56,583 nucleotides of DNA from a virus. Its lineage: Duplodnaviria > Caudoviricetes. This document shows positions 53,046 to 56,583 of this stretch, in pieces. A program made the position numbers and the translations under genes. Numbering within the stretch: the first letter of the stretch is position 1; the number at the start of each line of letters is the position of its first letter. The stretch spans positions 1 to 56,583 of IMG/VR virus record IMGVR_UViG_3300049182_000084. One strand, given 5' to 3'. Below the pieces are notes generated by a model. The model was not told the origin of the DNA and did not search any database. It was given only the letters and a program-made list of their open reading frames with translations.

Positions 53046-53842
53046 TGAAGCGCCTCCTTCGCGCCTTCCTCCAGCGCCTTGCGGGTGCGCTCGCGGCCGC
53101 GCGCCGTCCGCGTGCCCGGCCGGCTCGTCTCGATCGTCACGCCCTGCGGCGGCGCTTCGTTGGGCGCGTCCTTCGGGGACGGCCACTTCTCGGCGGAGCC
53201 GGTAACGTCGAGTCCGCCCTCGTCGTCATCGCCTTCTTCGGGGCCTTCGCCCTGCAGTTGTTCCTCCTCGCCCTGGTGGTCCTCGCCGGCGGCGAAGAGG
53301 TCCGTGGCATCGGGCGGCAGGTCCGTCGCCGAGCTGCTCGCGTCGATCGCGTCGGGCTGCTTCTTCGGCGCGGTCAGCGTGATCCAAATCGACTGGCCGT
53401 TGTGCATCGCCAGCTTGCCCAGCTTGTCAGCGTCGACGTCGCTGGTGCCGGCGCGGAACCTGAGCACGATGCTCCCGCCCTGCTTGGCATCGACCTTGAA
53501 CTTGTCGACCTTCACCCCGCCGAAGACCATCGGCTCCGTCTCGTCGATGCCGTCGTCGACGGTCAGAGTCCAGCCTTCGTGCGCGGTCGTCAGCGCGTGG
53601 GTCTCGAAATGATTGCAGCGCAGCACCGGCGTCGCGGGCTCCACGCCGGGAAGCTGCTCCTGGCCCTCGACAGCCATGTAGAGCGCGTGCCGGATCTTCG
53701 GATCGATGGCGTCGAGCAGCGTGTTGGCCGCGGTGATCTCCAGGCTCAGCGAGACCGCCGGCCTGTCTTCATCGCCGTGCTTCTCGATCCGGTTGGTGAC
53801 CGTGGCGAGCTTCGCTTCGTGGAAGGTCTCGATCTGGAACAT
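53042..53842 (-). CDS. Hypothetical early protein (266 aa, acidic tail)
   Basis: GAGGA SD; NRIEKHGDEDRPAVSL. Confidence 0.75.
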   Translation of the reverse strand: MFQIETFHEAKLATVTNRIEKHGDEDRPAVSLSLEITAANTLLDAIDPKIRHALYMAVEGQEQLPGVEPATPVLRCNHFETHALTTAHEGWTLTVDDGIDETEPMVFGGVKVDKFKVDAKQGGSIVLRFRAGTSDVDADKLGKLAMHNGQSIWITLTAPKKQPDAIDASSSATDLPPDATDLFAAGEDHQGEEEQLQGEGPEEGDDDEGGLDVTGSAEKWPSPKDAPNEAPPQGVTIETSRPGTRTARGRERTRKALEEGAKEALQ

Positions 53843-53957
53843 GCGTCGTGGTCCTCGTGGTGGAGTTGGAGAGAAGAGGGCGCCGCCTCAGCGGGCCGCG
53901 TGGGAATGAGTCGATGGGAGGAAGGGGGAACCCACGCGGCGTGTCGCCCGGAAAGGG

Positions 53958-54647
53958 TCAGAAGCTGATGGCCTCGTGCTCGTTGACCGGCTCCAGGCCG
54001 TCGACTACGAGCAGCGGGTCGACCTCGTGCAGCAGGCCCGCGATCACGTCGCCACGCTGCTTCTCGCCCATGCTCTCGGGGCGCTCGACCTTGGACATGA
54101 CGCGCGCGATGACGGCGCCCAGGCTCGAGGCCTGGATGTTGTAGCCGCGCATGAGGAACTTGCGGACGCGCATCATCGAACCGCCCGCCTCCTCGTTGCG
54201 CTCGGGTGCGGTGTAGACGAGCCGGCGCGCCGCGAGATCGGGGTAGAAGCCATCCGCTGCTGCGGAGTACCAGCGTGCCGTCGGCTTGTCGAACCAGATC
54301 GCGGCCTGGCACACCGTGAAGTCGAAGGACTGCACGAGCGGAGCGGCCTCGGAGAACACCCACCGCGTGATGAACTGCAGCGGCAGCCGCGGAGGCGCTA
54401 GGACGGTGATCGCGTTATCGCTGGTGTGCGGCTTCGCCTCGCGCTTGTCGGCGATCGCGTTGGCCGCGACGCGCAGCTGCTCCACCGAGGGGCCGAAGAT
54501 ATCGATGTCCTGCACCTCACCGCCGGCGATGGTCTCGCGGATGAAGCCGCCAGCCACGAACAGCGGGGCTGTCATCAGCATTTCTCGCACGTCGCGGGGT
54601 ATGCGGCGCACGACGAACTGCAGGTCTTGCTCGGTCAGGGTGATCAT
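53958..54647 (-). CDS. Nucleotidyltransferase (CCA-adding/poly(A) polymerase head-like)
   Basis: FVAGGFIRE...QDIDIF and SFDFTVCQAAI. Confidence 0.75.
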   Translation of the reverse strand: MITLTEQDLQFVVRRIPRDVREMLMTAPLFVAGGFIRETIAGGEVQDIDIFGPSVEQLRVAANAIADKREAKPHTSDNAITVLAPPRLPLQFITRWVFSEAAPLVQSFDFTVCQAAIWFDKPTARWYSAAADGFYPDLAARRLVYTAPERNEEAGGSMMRVRKFLMRGYNIQASSLGAVIARVMSKVERPESMGEKQRGDVIAGLLHEVDPLLVVDGLEPVNEHEAISF

Positions 54648-54809
54648 GATTCCTCCGTTGCGGTGTTGGTGACCCCGGCCGCGATGCCCACCCGGCCAGG
54701 TGGAGTGCGCGCGGTCGCGAGTACGCGGGGTCGTTGAAGGGTGGCCGGCTGCGCGTTCCACTTCCCAGACGCCCGCGCAGGCGAAAAGCCGGCCATTGAT
54801 CGGTATCGG

Positions 54810-55409
54810 TCAGGCGGCCTTCTTCAGCAGGCGCTGCAGCATTGCCTCGGCCTCGTCGTTGAACTGGCGCAGCTCGCCGATGAGGTTCGCGATGTAGGTC
54901 TCGTTGCGTGGCACGCGCTCGACGTGCAGGCGGAAGCGCTCGGCTTGGCGAGGGTCGTAGCTGGTGAAGTACCACCAGGAGCGGCCGGTCACGGCCATGT
55001 TTCCTTGCACCTGCGGCATGTGCTCGGCCGGCATGCCTTCCAGCAGCGTCTGGACGTGCACCGCCTCGTCGTGCGGCGACTTCATTTCGAGCCCGCCGTC
55101 CGGGTCGATCAGCCCATCCGGCGACGCACCGATGAACGGATAGGCCGCGTGCAGCAGGAAGCCGGACTGACGCACCACCAGGCCGGTTTCCAGCTCGAAG
55201 GCTTCGCGCTGGAACGGTTCGACGTCGTGACCCCACGAGAGAGACTTGCTGCTCACCTCGTGTCGCGCTACGCCGGCGGCGCGCTCGAAGACGATCTCGC
55301 GCATGTACTTCGCGCGAGCGGCCTTCGTGCCGAGCACGTCGGCGAAGCGCGATGCCGTCAGCTTGCCGGCGCGCTGCTGGCGCCAGTCGGGGGTGCCTTG
55401 CTCACTCAT
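54810..55409 (-). CDS. YqaJ / lambda-exonuclease family nuclease
   Basis: QGTPDWRQQRAGKLTASRF, GASPDGL, LEMKSP, QVQGNM. Confidence 0.92.
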   Translation of the reverse strand: MSEQGTPDWRQQRAGKLTASRFADVLGTKAARAKYMREIVFERAAGVARHEVSSKSLSWGHDVEPFQREAFELETGLVVRQSGFLLHAAYPFIGASPDGLIDPDGGLEMKSPHDEAVHVQTLLEGMPAEHMPQVQGNMAVTGRSWWYFTSYDPRQAERFRLHVERVPRNETYIANLIGELRQFNDEAEAMLQRLLKKAA

Positions 55410-56229
55410 GGCTGGCCGCCCCTTCCGCCTCCGGCTGCACGACGCCGGCCTTCTTGTCGGTCTCGTGGCCAATGTCGCCGATGCGATCGCGCTCGGCCAG
55501 GCCGATCGCCGCACGGTCTTCCTTCGGCAGCGCGGCCCAGGCGTCCTTGAACGTCTGGAAGCCCGACTCGTAGGCGAGCATCTCGAGCTGCTCGATCAGC
55601 TTCGCGTGTTTCTCGGTGCGCTCGGCCTTCGGCGCTGCGGCGGCCGCGATCTGGGTGGCGGTCTGCTGGCGCGCCGGCACTTCCTCGACCGGCGGATAGT
55701 CCATCACCTCCTCGGCGACCGGCATGCCCTTGAGCACGTCCGGGAACACGTCGCGCAGCGCGAACGCGCGGGCACGCAGCTGACGCATGCGCTTGGGGTA
55801 CTGCGACCAGGGCCCCGACTTGCCAGCCAGCCCGGCCGTCTTTGCATCGGCGGCGCTGAAGGTTCGCATCTGCTCCGGCTCGCCGCGGCGCTTCACGCGG
55901 CACCAGGCGGTATCGCCTTCCTCACCCTCGACCACGTACTCGCACAGCGGCGACGCGCGCACCAGCGCCAGCAGTGCGTCGCCCCACAAGGAAGGGCGCC
56001 CGTTGATCACCGCGATGTTCTGCATCGCCTGCAGCGGCTTCAGGCCCACCTCGGCGCCCCACTGGATGGCAACCATGATGTTGCCGGGCTTTCGCTGGTA
56101 GTCCTTCGGGATGATCTCGGAGTCGGCCAGCAGGTCGCACATGCGCAGAGCCTCTTCCAGGGTGCGCGGCGACAGGTCCAAGGTGGCAAGCGCGGCGGCG
56201 GGCCGTGCGGTGGTCAGTTCGTTGCTCAT
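55402..56229 (-). CDS. recT: RecT-like single-strand annealing protein
   Basis: IPKDYQRKPGNIMVAIQWGAEVGLKPLQAMQNIAVINGRP, WSQYPKRM...RARAFALRDVFPDVLKG. Confidence 0.85.
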   Translation of the reverse strand: MSNELTTARPAAALATLDLSPRTLEEALRMCDLLADSEIIPKDYQRKPGNIMVAIQWGAEVGLKPLQAMQNIAVINGRPSLWGDALLALVRASPLCEYVVEGEEGDTAWCRVKRRGEPEQMRTFSAADAKTAGLAGKSGPWSQYPKRMRQLRARAFALRDVFPDVLKGMPVAEEVMDYPPVEEVPARQQTATQIAAAAAPKAERTEKHAKLIEQLEMLAYESGFQTFKDAWAALPKEDRAAIGLAERDRIGDIGHETDKKAGVVQPEAEGAASHE

Positions 56230-56278
56230 GGCGGTGCTTTCTGCCCGAGACTCGGCCGGGCGTGGGTTGGGGATTCGG

Positions 56279-56583
56279 TCAGGCCAGCGCCGCGGCGATG
56301 GCCATGTCGCGCTGGATGACGGCGGCCTTGATTGCGTCGTCGTAGGCCAGGTCGTCTTCGATGGCATCGCAGGCCTGCCACCGCTGCAGCGCGGCCAGCA
56401 TCAGTGGCGCCGCGTGGCGCACGCGCTCGACGGCAGCCTCCGCCGCCTCCAGCTCGCGCCGGCGGGCTTCCGCGGCTTCTTCCTCCTGCCGCCGGCGGGC
56501 TTCGGCCGCCGCGATCTCCTGGCGTTGCAGCTCGGCCCGAGCCGCGGCAATGCGGCGCTCCTCGGCCTCGCGCTGCTCGCGGG
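56279..56583 (-). CDS. Coiled-coil protein, 3' part (enters from the right end)
   Basis: REQREAEERRIAAARAELQRQ...HAAPLMLAAL...AIAAALA-stop; same composition and strand as the ORF leaving base 1. Confidence 0.75.
   Translation of the reverse strand, partial: REQREAEERRIAAARAELQRQEIAAAEARRRQEEEAAEARRRELEAAEAAVERVRHAAPLMLAALQRWQACDAIEDDLAYDDAIKAAVIQRDMAIAAALA

Larger units (their letters stand above)
1..56583. mobile_element. Temperate podovirus genome (BPP-1/epsilon15-like morphogenesis module), circularly permuted, excised form
   Basis: Portal, capsid, tail tubular A/B, internal virion proteins, terminase, tailspike, lysis, cI/cro, integrase and attP all present. No host housekeeping genes, tape measure or sheath seen. 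Confidence 0.93.

Overview
The window is a complete or nearly complete, circularly permuted genome of a GC-rich temperate podovirus with BPP-1/epsilon15-like head and tail genes. The host is probably a betaproteobacterium (inferred from GC content, the tRNA-Cys att core and a PEP-CTERM gene). One coiled-coil gene appears split across the two ends. An intact attP (3' half of tRNA-Cys, 46044-46089) lies between phage genes, so this is the excised form. Layout: leftward early operon (RecT, YqaJ exonuclease, nucleotidyltransferase, C5 methyltransferase, DUF5131, xis/int); cI/cro switch with readable operators; replication (primase-helicase, HNH, initiator with iterons, RuvC-like); a late HTH regulator and three matching palindromic promoters; portal; a ~12.4 kb accessory block; capsid, tail and internal virion genes; terminase; tailspike; lysis. 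Most unusual: (1) the accessory block between portal and scaffold, combining fibre/carbohydrate-binding proteins with shared N-terminal motifs, a glycosyltransferase, a methyltransferase and a YkgJ-type Cys-cluster protein (candidate virion appendage and glycosylation system); (2) a PEP-CTERM gene with a sigma54-type promoter; (3) antisense genes spanned by 'bridge' ORFs whose starts and stops overlap the flanking operon genes; (4) an SGNH lipoprotein reading frame running through attP. All family calls are by-eye motif recognition; no database search was run.
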